NCBI GenBank assembly: GCA_045863295.1 | Contig: BTWA01000011.1 | Location: 64,001 to 128,000 of the forward strand | Reading direction: 5' to 3' | DNA from: Candidatus Hydrogenedentota bacterium | GTDB taxonomy: Bacteria; Hydrogenedentota; Hydrogenedentia; Hydrogenedentales; SLHB01 | Length of the DNA: 64,000 nt | The notes under the pieces: model-generated | Seen by the model: the letters and a program-made list of their open reading frames with translations, nothing else | Told to the model about the DNA's origin: nothing | The model's database searches: none | Position numbers and translations under genes: made by a program | Shown: one piece after another, positions 20,048 through 29,451 of the stretch | How the letters are laid out: every line of letters begins with the position of its first letter | Numbering within the stretch: the stretch's first letter is position 1

Positions 20048-20122
20048 TTGTCCTGATCGGTACAATACGATTTTGGCGTGGGAATTCCAAGCCTGAACGA
20101 TTTTGTACTCTTCGGTATAAAA
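20048..20122. promoter_or_regulatory. Two imperfect palindromic TetR operator candidates in the divergent intergenic region
   Basis: TTGTCCTGATCGGTACAA (20048-65) and TTTTGTACTCTTCGGTATAAAA (20101-22); shared consensus TTGTACn6GTACAA. Confidence 0.7.
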
Positions 20123-20143
20123 AACACGAAAAAGGAGGCTTTT

Positions 20144-20896
20144 ATGCCTGGCAAGTTGGATGGCAAGGTGGCGGTGGTGACGGGGGCTTCCAAAGGCATT
20201 GGCGCGGAAATCGCCAAGCAGTTGGCGGCGGACGGCGCGGCCGTGGTGGTGAATTATGCTTCGAGCAAGGAAGGGGCCGATCGTGTGGTGGCGGCGATTA
20301 CGCAGGCAGGTGGCAAGGCCGTTGCGGTGCAAGCCAACGTGGCCAAGAGCGATGACATTGCGCGGTTGTTCAAGGAAGCCAAGAATGCTTTTGGCCAGAT
20401 CGATATCCTGGTGAACAATGCGGGCGTTTACGAATTTTCACCGTTGGAGGCAATCACAGAAGACCATTTTCGCCGGCAGTTCGATCTCAATGTGCTGGGC
20501 CTGATCCTCGCCACGAAGGAGGCGGCGAGCCATTTCAATGGCGACGGCGGATCGGTCATCAACATCAGTTCGGTAGTGACGAGTCTGGCGCCGCCGAACA
20601 CCACGGTGTACAGCGCCACCAAGGGCGCGGTGGACGTGATTACCAAAGTGCTGGCACGGGAGTTGGGGCCCCGCAAGATTCGCGTGAATGCCATCAACCC
20701 CGGCATGGTGGAAACGGAAGGTGCGCACGCACAGGGCCTTGCCGAAGGTGAGTGGCGCAAGCAAATCGAGTCCACCACGCCCCTCGGGCGCATCGGCATG
20801 CCGGCGGACATCGCCCCGGCGGTGGCATTCTTGGCTTCGTCCGACGCGGCATGGCTCACGGGCGAGGTTATCAACATTAGTGGCGGTCTGAAATAA
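20144..20896 (+). CDS. SDR oxidoreductase (FabG/glucose dehydrogenase-like)
   Basis: TGASKGIG, NNAG, YSATK; AGGAGG RBS. Confidence 0.93.
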   Translation: MPGKLDGKVAVVTGASKGIGAEIAKQLAADGAAVVVNYASSKEGADRVVAAITQAGGKAVAVQANVAKSDDIARLFKEAKNAFGQIDILVNNAGVYEFSPLEAITEDHFRRQFDLNVLGLILATKEAASHFNGDGGSVINISSVVTSLAPPNTTVYSATKGAVDVITKVLARELGPRKIRVNAINPGMVETEGAHAQGLAEGEWRKQIESTTPLGRIGMPADIAPAVAFLASSDAAWLTGEVINISGGLK

Positions 20897-20979
20897 AAGC
20901 GCTATACTGTCTCCACGGGCGGACGCGAATAGGATCGCGTCCGCCCGTGTTGTATCTGCCATCAAACAAGGAGCCCCCC

Positions 20980-21942
20980 ATGAGCAAGTCCAAGGCAGGA
21001 AGCCCCGGCGTCGAACATACCACCCAATCGTTTCTGGAGGCCTTGGCGGCCGGCGGCGGGCCCCCGATGGAAACAATGGAACCGGCGGATGCCCGCAAGG
21101 TGTTGGAGGGCGCACAGGAAGGTACGACACCACCTGCTTGCGATGTGACGGAGAAGACCATTCAGGTGGACGGTGACGACGTTACATTGACGGTGGTGCG
21201 TCCGAAGGGCGCTTCCGGCATGCTTCCCGCGTTCATGTTCTTTCATGGCGGCGGCTGGGTCATTGGCGACTATCCGACGCACCAGCGGTTCATCCACGAT
21301 TTGGTGACATACTCCGGTTGCGTGGCGGTGTATGTGGATTACGCGCGGTCGCCGGAGGCGCGGTTCCCCATGGCACTGAACCAGTGCTACGGCGCGACGA
21401 AGTGGGTGGCGGCAAACGGCGCGGCGATCCAGGTGGACGGATCGAAGCTGGCGGTGGCGGGCAACAGCGCGGGCGGCAATCTGGCGGCGGCCACGGCGCT
21501 GAAGGCCAAGGCCGAAGGCGGCCCCAAGCTCGCGTTTCAACTGCTCTTTTGGCCGGTGACGGATGCGAATTTCGAAACGGAATCGTACAACCAGTTCGCC
21601 GAAGGTCATTTTCTCACGAAGAAGATGATGATCTGGTTCTGGGATCATTACTTGCCTGACAAGGCCGCGCGCAAAGACATCTACGCCGCGCCGCTGCAAG
21701 CGTTGCCCGACCAATTGAAGGGTCTCCCTCCCACGCTGATTCAGACCGCGCAGATGGACGTGCTGCGCGATGAAGGCAATGCCTATGGCGTGAAGCTGGA
21801 TGAGGCCGGCGTCGAAGTAACCATCGCGCAGTACAATGGATTGATCCACGACTACGGCCTTTTAAATGGCCTGAGCGAAATTCCGGCCGTGCAGGCGGCT
21901 TTGCGCCAAGGCGCGGCGGAATTGGCGCGGCATTTGAAGTAA
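20980..21942 (+). CDS. Alpha/beta hydrolase, HSL-family esterase/lipase
   Basis: HGGGW oxyanion hole, GNSAG, DVLRDEG, HDY. Confidence 0.92.
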   Translation: MSKSKAGSPGVEHTTQSFLEALAAGGGPPMETMEPADARKVLEGAQEGTTPPACDVTEKTIQVDGDDVTLTVVRPKGASGMLPAFMFFHGGGWVIGDYPTHQRFIHDLVTYSGCVAVYVDYARSPEARFPMALNQCYGATKWVAANGAAIQVDGSKLAVAGNSAGGNLAAATALKAKAEGGPKLAFQLLFWPVTDANFETESYNQFAEGHFLTKKMMIWFWDHYLPDKAARKDIYAAPLQALPDQLKGLPPTLIQTAQMDVLRDEGNAYGVKLDEAGVEVTIAQYNGLIHDYGLLNGLSEIPAVQAALRQGAAELARHLK

Positions 21943-22156
21943 GCGGAACCACGTTGTAAGCGCTTGCGCATGACCTGCTTGCGCAATCCTACATTTTGGA
22001 AACCCCTCGTTTGAATCCGGGGGGTTTCCATTTCCCTTCATGCAAAATGCAACAAAGCGGACCCAATAGAAGAAACTGCTGTCCTCATCACTCAAATAGA
22101 CAGTAGTCATTCCGTAATTGCGTCGTGCCCCTTCTGCACCGCGCGGCATTTTCTTC

Positions 22157-22186
22157 TTGACATCGCCTACATCTGTAGGCTATAAG
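22157..22186 (+). promoter_or_regulatory. Sigma70 promoter with BlaI/MecI/CopY operator
   Basis: TTGACA-18-TATAAG; palindrome GCCTACA-TC-TGTAGGC (22165-80) containing TACAnnTGTA. Confidence 0.88.
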
Positions 22187-22218
22187 AAACACAAGTAAGC
22201 ACTACGGGAATCCGCATC

Positions 22219-22629
22219 ATGGCGCGCAAGAAATCTTCCAAACCCATCCCCCGGGTGTCCGAGGCCGAGTGGGACATCTTAAAACCCCTGTGGGACGATG
22301 GCCCCCTGGCTGCGCGGGACATCATTGCACGGCTGGACGGCAAGCGGGACTGGGCAGCGAAAACCGTCAAGACGATGTTGGCACGCCTTGTGGAAAAGGG
22401 CGTGATCGAATACGACCAGATTGGCAATTCCTATTTGTATCGCACGGTGTATACGCGCGACGAGATGACACGGGCCGCAATGGGATCATTCCTCGATCGC
22501 GTGTTTGACGGGGCGATGCGCCCCTTCCTGGCGCATTTCGCCGAGCATGTGTCCGACGATGAACTGAGACTCCTGCGGGCTGAACTCAAGCGAATCGAAC
22601 GGGTGAAGCAGGAGGATTCGGAGGGGTAA
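22219..22629 (+). CDS. BlaI/MecI/CopY family repressor
   Basis: SEAEWDIL..LW, WAAKTVKTMLARLVEKG, FLDRVFDG. Confidence 0.95.
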   Translation: MARKKSSKPIPRVSEAEWDILKPLWDDGPLAARDIIARLDGKRDWAAKTVKTMLARLVEKGVIEYDQIGNSYLYRTVYTRDEMTRAAMGSFLDRVFDGAMRPFLAHFAEHVSDDELRLLRAELKRIERVKQEDSEG

Positions 22630-22631
22630 CC

Positions 22632-25235
22632 ATGGGTGCGTGGTGGATGCCGGCCTCGACCCTGTGGGCGGACTGGATGATCCAGATGGCCTGGCAGGTG
22701 GCGGTGTTGGCCGTGGCGGTGCTGTTGATTTCGCGGTTCGCGCCGCGATCGAGTGCGGCCTTTCGTTACGCCCTTTGGGCGCTCGTCTTCATCAAGCTGA
22801 TCATTCCGCCGGGTATAGCCGCGCCGTGGTCGTTGGGCACGGCCGCCAATCATCTGGCCGAGACAACCCTGCCGACGTACACCGCGGAAGAACCGTTGCG
22901 CATCGCGGACTGGGAACTGAGGCCCGCGCCTGAAACACCGCAGATCGCCAGCGTCGAATCGGTCGAGCAGCACCCTATCACACCCCAATCGGTCCGGTGG
23001 TCGATTGCGTCCATCGCGTTCACGGTATGGGGCGCTGTCGCCTTGATGATGTTTGCATCGCTGTGCGTGCAATACGTGCGCTACCGTCGGCGCATCCTGC
23101 GATACGGAACACCGGTGTCCCAACCGGTGATGGCTGTGGTGTCCGACTGCAAATCCATCCTGGGGGTGCGGCGCGCGGTGCGCGTATTTGAAAGCGAGAC
23201 CGTATCGACGCCGTATGTCTTCGGGGTCTTCTCCCCCATCATTCTTTTGCCGCGAGGCACGGAAGGTAAGTATGGCGCCGCGCATCTTCGAAACATTCTG
23301 CTGCACGAACTAAGCCACATACGCCGGCACGACATTCCCATGAACTGGGGCATGGCGGTGCTGGTCTGCCTGTACTGGTTTCACCCGGCGGTCTGGCTGG
23401 CGTACCGGTACATCGGGAGGGAACGGGAAATGGCTTGCGACGATTTGGTGCTTCAACACACACAAGACAACGCGAAGACCTACGCGGAAACGATCGTGGA
23501 GGTGGCGTCGGAATACCGCAAACCGGCGGTGGCGGCGGTGGGCTTCGTAGGCCTGTTGGAACTGGCGGATAACATGCTCGCCCGAGTGCGGTCGGTGGGC
23601 GATGCCACGCGCACACGGCGGGCGGGCTGGCGCGCGGCGCTGTTCGTGGGTTTTGTGACCGTGCTCATTATGCCCATGGCGGTGTGGACACCGACGGCCT
23701 TTTCGGCCGACACGCCGCCGGATATAGACCCGGTGATGGAGTCGGCTGAGCGGGAAATTTCCGCGCACTATGCGAAGGCCGATCCAGAAGTGCAGGAGTA
23801 CATTCGTTGGACGGCGAAGACCTTTGGGCGCAACGGGCTTTGGCTGCCTGCGGAATACTTTGATGAGATGAGCGGTGTCGAGCGTGCGGAGAAGGTGGAT
23901 TACCTTGCGCGCGCGCTTGACGGCGAGTACGGCCGGCATCTGTGCGACGCCTTGAACCAGGCGGGCGTGCTGGCGGATCCAAAATTGCTGCCCGGTGTGC
24001 TCAAGGCGGCCACGTATCACCGCGACGATGCCGACTACGATTGCCGGCCCAAGTGGATGGCTGTGGCGGCGGTGGGCCGCATAGGCCAGATTTCCGCCGT
24101 GCCTGATCTGGTGCCGCTGGTGGACCATGGTAACCAGAACACGCGCATGTGGGCGCGGGCTTCGCTCGCGCGGTTGACGGGCGAGTATTTCGGCGAGGAC
24201 AAGAAGGCGTGGGCGGATTGGTGGAATGCGTCGCACGACCCCAAGATCAGCGAAGACGCCATTAAACCGTGGCAGCCTCCGGCGGTCGTGGAACCGGCTA
24301 AGGCCGAAGCGCCGTCTCCGAAGCAATCGGCCGCAGAGGTGACGATTACACTTACGGTCGATCCATCCACCACCGATAGTCCGGTGCGGATCCAGATTGG
24401 TGAACTCGCGGTGCCTGATGTGCGGTCGCTCGCGGACGAAATTGCGAAAGTCCGAGAAAAGGGCGACGGAATGGTAATCATCCGGGCCGATCGCGAGGTG
24501 CCCGTTGAAACGGTGACCGAAGTGATGGATGCGTTGAAGGCCGCGGGGGTTTCCAACGTCAGCATTGCAACCGCGGTGACGAACGCGTCCCCTGAAATTG
24601 TATCGGTTGTTCCGGCGATTGGCGCGACGGAAGTGGATCCTGCGACGACTGAGATCCGCGTCACGTTTGACCAAGACATGGCGAAGGGATATTCGTGGAC
24701 CGGCGGCGGCGATGCCTATCCCAACGCGCACGGAAAGCCATCGTGGGTCGACGCGAGAACATGCGTGTTGTCAGTACAACTGGAGTCCGGCAAGTACTAT
24801 CGCGTAGGCATCAATTCTAAGAGTCACAAAGGCTTTCAAGGGATCAACGGCGTGCCCGCGCGCAACCGGGTGATCTATTTTGTTACCGCGGGCGCGAGCG
24901 AAGACGTGAAGGCCATGGCCGCGGCGCCTCAGGTGATAACGATGGTGCCCGCCTGTGGGGCAACGGATGTGCCAGCGGCGACAACGACCTTAGTAGTGAC
25001 CTTTGACCGGCCCATGGGGGGCGGCTTTTCCTGGGTTCGGCTGGATGGCGTGCAGCCGGAGTTTCAAGGGCAACCCACATGGAATGAAGACCGGACGGTG
25101 GCGACGGCGCCGGTGTCACTGAAGCCTGGCGTCACTTATACTCTCGGATTGAATTCGCCACACGTCATTAATTTCCAAAGCGCCGCCGGGGTGCCGCTGG
25201 AGCCGGTGGTGTGGTCATTTACGACCGCAAAGTGA
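22632..25235 (+). CDS. BlaR1-type M56 sensor peptidase fused to HEAT repeat, ExbD/TolR domain and two Ig-like domains
   Basis: RYALW, HELSHIRRHD, WFHP, EREMACD; IIRADREVP..VMDALKAAGV; two P-x-P..GAT.V....TFD..M repeats. Confidence 0.88.
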   Translation: MGAWWMPASTLWADWMIQMAWQVAVLAVAVLLISRFAPRSSAAFRYALWALVFIKLIIPPGIAAPWSLGTAANHLAETTLPTYTAEEPLRIADWELRPAPETPQIASVESVEQHPITPQSVRWSIASIAFTVWGAVALMMFASLCVQYVRYRRRILRYGTPVSQPVMAVVSDCKSILGVRRAVRVFESETVSTPYVFGVFSPIILLPRGTEGKYGAAHLRNILLHELSHIRRHDIPMNWGMAVLVCLYWFHPAVWLAYRYIGREREMACDDLVLQHTQDNAKTYAETIVEVASEYRKPAVAAVGFVGLLELADNMLARVRSVGDATRTRRAGWRAALFVGFVTVLIMPMAVWTPTAFSADTPPDIDPVMESAEREISAHYAKADPEVQEYIRWTAKTFGRNGLWLPAEYFDEMSGVERAEKVDYLARALDGEYGRHLCDALNQAGVLADPKLLPGVLKAATYHRDDADYDCRPKWMAVAAVGRIGQISAVPDLVPLVDHGNQNTRMWARASLARLTGEYFGEDKKAWADWWNASHDPKISEDAIKPWQPPAVVEPAKAEAPSPKQSAAEVTITLTVDPSTTDSPVRIQIGELAVPDVRSLADEIAKVREKGDGMVIIRADREVPVETVTEVMDALKAAGVSNVSIATAVTNASPEIVSVVPAIGATEVDPATTEIRVTFDQDMAKGYSWTGGGDAYPNAHGKPSWVDARTCVLSVQLESGKYYRVGINSKSHKGFQGINGVPARNRVIYFVTAGASEDVKAMAAAPQVITMVPACGATDVPAATTTLVVTFDRPMGGGFSWVRLDGVQPEFQGQPTWNEDRTVATAPVSLKPGVTYTLGLNSPHVINFQSAAGVPLEPVVWSFTTAK

Positions 25236-25251
25236 CGTATCGCTTTCATGT

Positions 25252-25289
25252 GCGGCCGGGGCCCTTGGGGTTCCGGCTGTTGTTTTTTT
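25252..25289 (+). terminator. Intrinsic terminator
   Basis: CGGCCGGGGCCC/GGGTTCCGGCTG stem followed by a T tract. Confidence 0.8.
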
Positions 25290-25354
25290 GCCGATTGCGC
25301 GGAGGCAATCCCTTGGCATGTGTGGTATGCTGCTGAAAAAGGGAAATCATTGCC

Positions 25355-26428
25355 ATGCGAAATCTGCTATTGGCGTTTTTCTTGATGCCGGCGGTCCTGT
25401 GGGCGGGTGCGGACGACTTCGCCCGTGTGAGGCGCGCGGTTTGCCAGGGCGTCTACTATCCGCCGACGCCGGAGGCGCTTTCAGCGGCGGTTCGTCAGTA
25501 TTTGAGCGAAGCCGAGGTTATCGATCTTCCGGGGCCGGTGGTGGGCTGCATTGTACCATTTGCAAGCTACCCGTACAGCGCGACGGTAGCGGCCCATGCG
25601 TTCAAGCCGCTTCAGAAGGGGCAGTACAAGCGGGTGATCGTGATTGCGCCTTCGATGTATGCGACGTATGACAATTGTTCCATACCGCTTGTGCGGTACT
25701 ACCAGACGCTGTTGGGAAATATCGAGTTGGACGGGCCGGCGGTGCGCGACCTGATCATGTCGGCTTATTTTGAAGAGCGGTCGGTGATTTACAATGCGTC
25801 GGTGTATCGCAGCGTGGAGACGCAACGCGTGGCGTTGCACGAGCGGGAGTGGGCGTCGGAGTCGATATTGCCCTTTTTGCAGGAGCAGTTGGGTACGTTC
25901 CATCTGGTTCCGATTGTAGTAGGCGATGTGTACAAAGACGGCGCTATCGACATGCGGCGCGTGGATGAGATAGCGCGCGAGTTGCGGACGATCATGGACG
26001 AATCGACGTTGGTCGTGGCTGCCTGCAATTTCACGCAGTACGGAGACATTTACAATTTCGCGCCTTTCCGTGAGAACATCAAGCAGAAGATCGGCGAATT
26101 GGACATGGCTGCGTTCGAATACGTCACGAACCGGAATCCGGCGGGATTTGTGTCGTATGTGGATCAATCCGACAACAATTTTCTTGGCCGCGCGGTGGTG
26201 GCCATTTTTTTGCGCGCGATATCGCCCAGCGCGCGCGGCGTGCTGCTAAGTTACAACACCTCGGCCAATGTATCCGGCAAGACGGATGCCTCGACGAGTT
26301 ATGCGGCATTCGCGTTCTTCGATCCTACGCGTCCGATGCCAGCGAAGCCGGCGGCGACCGCTTCCGGCACGAAGGTTGAGGAGACAGCCCAGGATGCCCC
26401 CTCGAACGATTCCGTTGGAGCGCAGTGA
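25355..26428 (+). CDS. MEMO1-family protein (AmmeMemoRadiSam protein B-like) with signal peptide and degenerate metal site
   Basis: VRRAVCQGVYYP, IVPFASYPYS, QTLLG, ESILPFLQ, VPIVVG, YNTSANVSG..SYAA. Confidence 0.82.
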   Translation: MRNLLLAFFLMPAVLWAGADDFARVRRAVCQGVYYPPTPEALSAAVRQYLSEAEVIDLPGPVVGCIVPFASYPYSATVAAHAFKPLQKGQYKRVIVIAPSMYATYDNCSIPLVRYYQTLLGNIELDGPAVRDLIMSAYFEERSVIYNASVYRSVETQRVALHEREWASESILPFLQEQLGTFHLVPIVVGDVYKDGAIDMRRVDEIARELRTIMDESTLVVAACNFTQYGDIYNFAPFRENIKQKIGELDMAAFEYVTNRNPAGFVSYVDQSDNNFLGRAVVAIFLRAISPSARGVLLSYNTSANVSGKTDASTSYAAFAFFDPTRPMPAKPAATASGTKVEETAQDAPSNDSVGAQ

Positions 26429-27011
26429 GGCGTTTCTCACTCCTTCCGAGCAAACGATGCTGTTGCACATCGCGCGTGACAGCATGACGGCCGCCGTCCG
26501 GGACGGGCGCCCGGTCGATCCGTTTTCCTATCCCCTTTCGCCAGCATTGCAGGAGAAGCACGGCGCGTTTGTGACGTTACGGCACGGCGGAGAATTGCGC
26601 GGCTGTATTGGTTCCGTGGCACATCAAAAGGCGATTGCGGTGTCGGTCAGTGAAAACGCGGTGAACTCGGCGACGCGTGATCCCCGGTTTGCTCCTGTCC
26701 GGAACGAAGAGATTGAGCATATTCGCATTGAGATTTCGGCGTTGACGTTTGGGGATACACCGGAAACGCCATTCAAACGCGTGCAGGATATTGGGGAGAT
26801 AGTGATAGGCCGGGACGGGTTGTTCGTGGAGTGTCCGCCGCGACGGGGCGGGTTATTGTTGCCTCAAGTGGCCGTTGAGCGCGGCTGGGATGTGGCGACG
26901 TTTTTGTGCAATGTTTGCCGCAAGGCGGGTTATCCGGACAATGCATGGCAACGGCCTGACGCGAGGCTGTTCCGATTTTCGGCACAGGTGTTCGGCGAAG
27001 AACCGGATTGA
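26394..27011 (+). CDS. AMMECR1-domain protein (AmmeMemoRadiSam protein A)
   Basis: GAFVTL, LRGCIG, DPRF, GRDGL, LLLPQV, CRKAG; GAGGAG 10 nt before ATG 26394. Confidence 0.9.
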   Translation: MPPRTIPLERSEAFLTPSEQTMLLHIARDSMTAAVRDGRPVDPFSYPLSPALQEKHGAFVTLRHGGELRGCIGSVAHQKAIAVSVSENAVNSATRDPRFAPVRNEEIEHIRIEISALTFGDTPETPFKRVQDIGEIVIGRDGLFVECPPRRGGLLLPQVAVERGWDVATFLCNVCRKAGYPDNAWQRPDARLFRFSAQVFGEEPD

Positions 27012-27033
27012 CTTCATAGGGAGGTGTTTGTTC

Positions 27034-27690
27034 ATGGCGGGATGGCGCGCGACGGCCTTCGTTGTTGTTTGTCTATCCGTCAGCGCGAATGCATACGCGA
27101 AGGTGGCGAAGGTCCAATTAGATCGGTTGGCGGCCGACGCCGATGTGATCGTCATCGCGACAGTTACGGGTATTGAGCGCGGCATCGGAGGGCGGATTGC
27201 CGAAGCGACGGTGGAAACCGTGGTGAAAGGAGATGCGGAAATCGCCACCGTACATTATGTTGCTTCGCCCACGTGGGTATGCGATACGAGCGATGCGGTG
27301 AAAGGCGAACGTGTTTTGTTGTTCCTGAATGACATCAAGAAGGAAGAGCCGGAGTGGTTCAGGCCGGTCACGCGCCTGAAGGCTCGGGCCCGCCAATTGA
27401 CGCATTTCTACGAGATAGGTTGGCATGGACAAGGGCGGCTTGTGATTGATTCGAGCCAGAGTGCCGTAGAGCAGGCCGAATCGCATTTCGATGTGGATTT
27501 TGCCGCCTATCTGAAAGACCGGATTGGGCAGGACGTGCACGATATACTTGCGTCCGTCTTAGGGGTGTTGGAGGCGATTGACCGCGATGGCATCGAGGGT
27601 CGTGCTTCCTTAATGGAGGGCGGAGAACCGACGCGTATTAACGCGCATGAATCGGGTGTGCCATCGGGCGACGCCGGAGGCGGAGAATGA
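27034..27690 (+). CDS. Hypothetical exported protein
   Basis: GGAGG RBS, signal peptide ending AYA, ADVIVIATV..GERVLLFL beta-rich pattern; ATGA overlap with next gene. Confidence 0.7.
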   Translation: MAGWRATAFVVVCLSVSANAYAKVAKVQLDRLAADADVIVIATVTGIERGIGGRIAEATVETVVKGDAEIATVHYVASPTWVCDTSDAVKGERVLLFLNDIKKEEPEWFRPVTRLKARARQLTHFYEIGWHGQGRLVIDSSQSAVEQAESHFDVDFAAYLKDRIGQDVHDILASVLGVLEAIDRDGIEGRASLMEGGEPTRINAHESGVPSGDAGGGE

Positions 27691-28931
27691 CACCACTGTT
27701 CGCGGTATCCCTTGCCCTTAACTTTCTTGCAGCGCCCGAACCGGTTGTGCTTGCTACTGACGTGCCCGTTGGTTTCCCGCGCGCCTCGCAGGTGCGAGCG
27801 ATTACGGAGGAGCCGAAGCACCATTTTTTTGGGTACTACGGGATTTTTCCCTGGAGCGCGAGCGGGCGTTACATGGTGTATCTGGAAACGACGTTTAGCG
27901 ACCGGTTGGTGGAAGAGGTTGACCGGGCCGGGATTGTGCTGCATGACGTGCAATCCGGCGAGCGCAAGACTATAGCCGAAACGGGGGCGTGGAATTTTCA
28001 GCAGGGGGCGTTGGCTCACTGGATCGGGAATACCGACCGCATCGTGTACAACGATCGTGTGGACGGCGTTGTGGTGTCGGTGGTGCTTGATGTGGGTACC
28101 GGGCGCAAGCGAACGTTGCCGCGTCCGATTGCGGCGGTGTCCCCGGACGGGCGCACGGCGGCCTCGATAAATTATGCGCGGTTACGCGTGACGCGGCCTG
28201 ACTATGGGTATGCGGGCGAGGGCAATGCGTATGCCGGTGAGGTTGCGCCCGCGGATGACGGCCTTTGGATATTCGATTTGGAGACCGGCGAATCGAAGAT
28301 GGTGGTTTCATTGAAGCAGGTGTTTGATTTTGCCACGCCGGAACGGCAGAGCAGTGAGGACTTGTTCTGGTTCAATCACATTTTGTTCAGCCGTGACGGG
28401 GAACGGATCTTTTTTCTGGGGCGTACCCGGCATCAGTTGGGGCCGTTGAAGACCGCGGCGTTTACCGTAGGGTTGGATGGCGGCGAATTGCGCTGTCTGT
28501 TTCCTTACGCGTGGGGAGCTTCGCATTTCGACTGGATTGACGGGAAGCGCATCATGGCGACCACGCGCTATCAAGGGGAGTCTCCTTGGCGGCATGTGCT
28601 TGTGACCGATGGGAGCGCAGACTACACGGTGATAGCGCCGGATTTGCTTTCGGCTGATGGCCATGGTCATTTTTCGCCGGATGGGCGGTGGATGGTAACG
28701 GATTCGTATCCGGATAAGGAACGCTATCAACATTTGTACCTTGTGCGGATGGAAGACAATACGGGAGTTGAAATTGCGAAGTTTCAGGAGCCTGTCGAGT
28801 ACAAGGGCTTCTGGCGTTGCGATCTGCACCCGCGCTGGAGCCGTGATGGGAAGCGGCTGTGCATCGACTCGACGCACTCGGGCACGCGGCAGGTTTACGT
28901 CGTCGAATTGGATTGGCCTACGAGCCCATGA
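27687..28931 (+). CDS. Exported TolB-like/oligogalacturonate-lyase-like beta-propeller protein
   Basis: HHFFGYY, AWNFQQG, GHFSPDGRWMVTDSYP, RCDLHPRWSRDG. Confidence 0.8.
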   Translation: MTPLFAVSLALNFLAAPEPVVLATDVPVGFPRASQVRAITEEPKHHFFGYYGIFPWSASGRYMVYLETTFSDRLVEEVDRAGIVLHDVQSGERKTIAETGAWNFQQGALAHWIGNTDRIVYNDRVDGVVVSVVLDVGTGRKRTLPRPIAAVSPDGRTAASINYARLRVTRPDYGYAGEGNAYAGEVAPADDGLWIFDLETGESKMVVSLKQVFDFATPERQSSEDLFWFNHILFSRDGERIFFLGRTRHQLGPLKTAAFTVGLDGGELRCLFPYAWGASHFDWIDGKRIMATTRYQGESPWRHVLVTDGSADYTVIAPDLLSADGHGHFSPDGRWMVTDSYPDKERYQHLYLVRMEDNTGVEIAKFQEPVEYKGFWRCDLHPRWSRDGKRLCIDSTHSGTRQVYVVELDWPTSP

Positions 28932-29274
28932 TGGGGCGCTCAAACTCCTGGCCGCAGTAGAGGCATTTCCAGTGTTTTGAATTGGAGACGCGGTTGCAGG
29001 AGGGGCACCGCATGCCGACTTCGGTGAGCCGGCCGTCCTGGACGCCGTCCCGGAGATCGATTTCAGCGGCCTTTTGTTCCAATTCGGCGTCGGTTACATT
29101 AAGTTTTTCGCGCAGCAATTCCCAGAGCGCTTGATTCAGTAGCATGAGCCGTTGCACCTGGTGTTGCAATTCGCGCATTTGGCTTGCCGTTGATTGAATT
29201 TGCGAGCTCTCGTCGATTCGAACCCTGGGATTTGGGGCGATATTTTCCGAACCGTTCATCCATAGATTGATCAT
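28918..29274 (-). CDS. Hypothetical protein: coiled coil plus C-terminal zinc ribbon
   Basis: ALWELL..EIDLRDG..DG; CPSC...CLYCG. Confidence 0.75.
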   Translation of the reverse strand: MINLWMNGSENIAPNPRVRIDESSQIQSTASQMRELQHQVQRLMLLNQALWELLREKLNVTDAELEQKAAEIDLRDGVQDGRLTEVGMRCPSCNRVSNSKHWKCLYCGQEFERPIMGS

Positions 29275-29451
29275 AGGATTCCTTCCCTCGCGGCCAGCGT
29301 GGCGGCGGCGTCTATTGTAGGCGTGGGTTGCTTCGGGGGCAAGCCTTGACAGGATATTCGCCCGGGGCATAGGCTTATGGGATTCGGGGGGGACTGCTCA
29401 CGAGTACGTGGGCTGGCGGCTTTCTGGATTTCGACACGACCCGGACACAGC

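Noticed and set aside
26268..26428. Frameshifted MEMO-AMMECR1 fusion
   Set aside because: AmmeA has its own ATG (26394) with a GAGGAG RBS and no slippery site is seen, so two overlapping genes is simpler; not fully excluded
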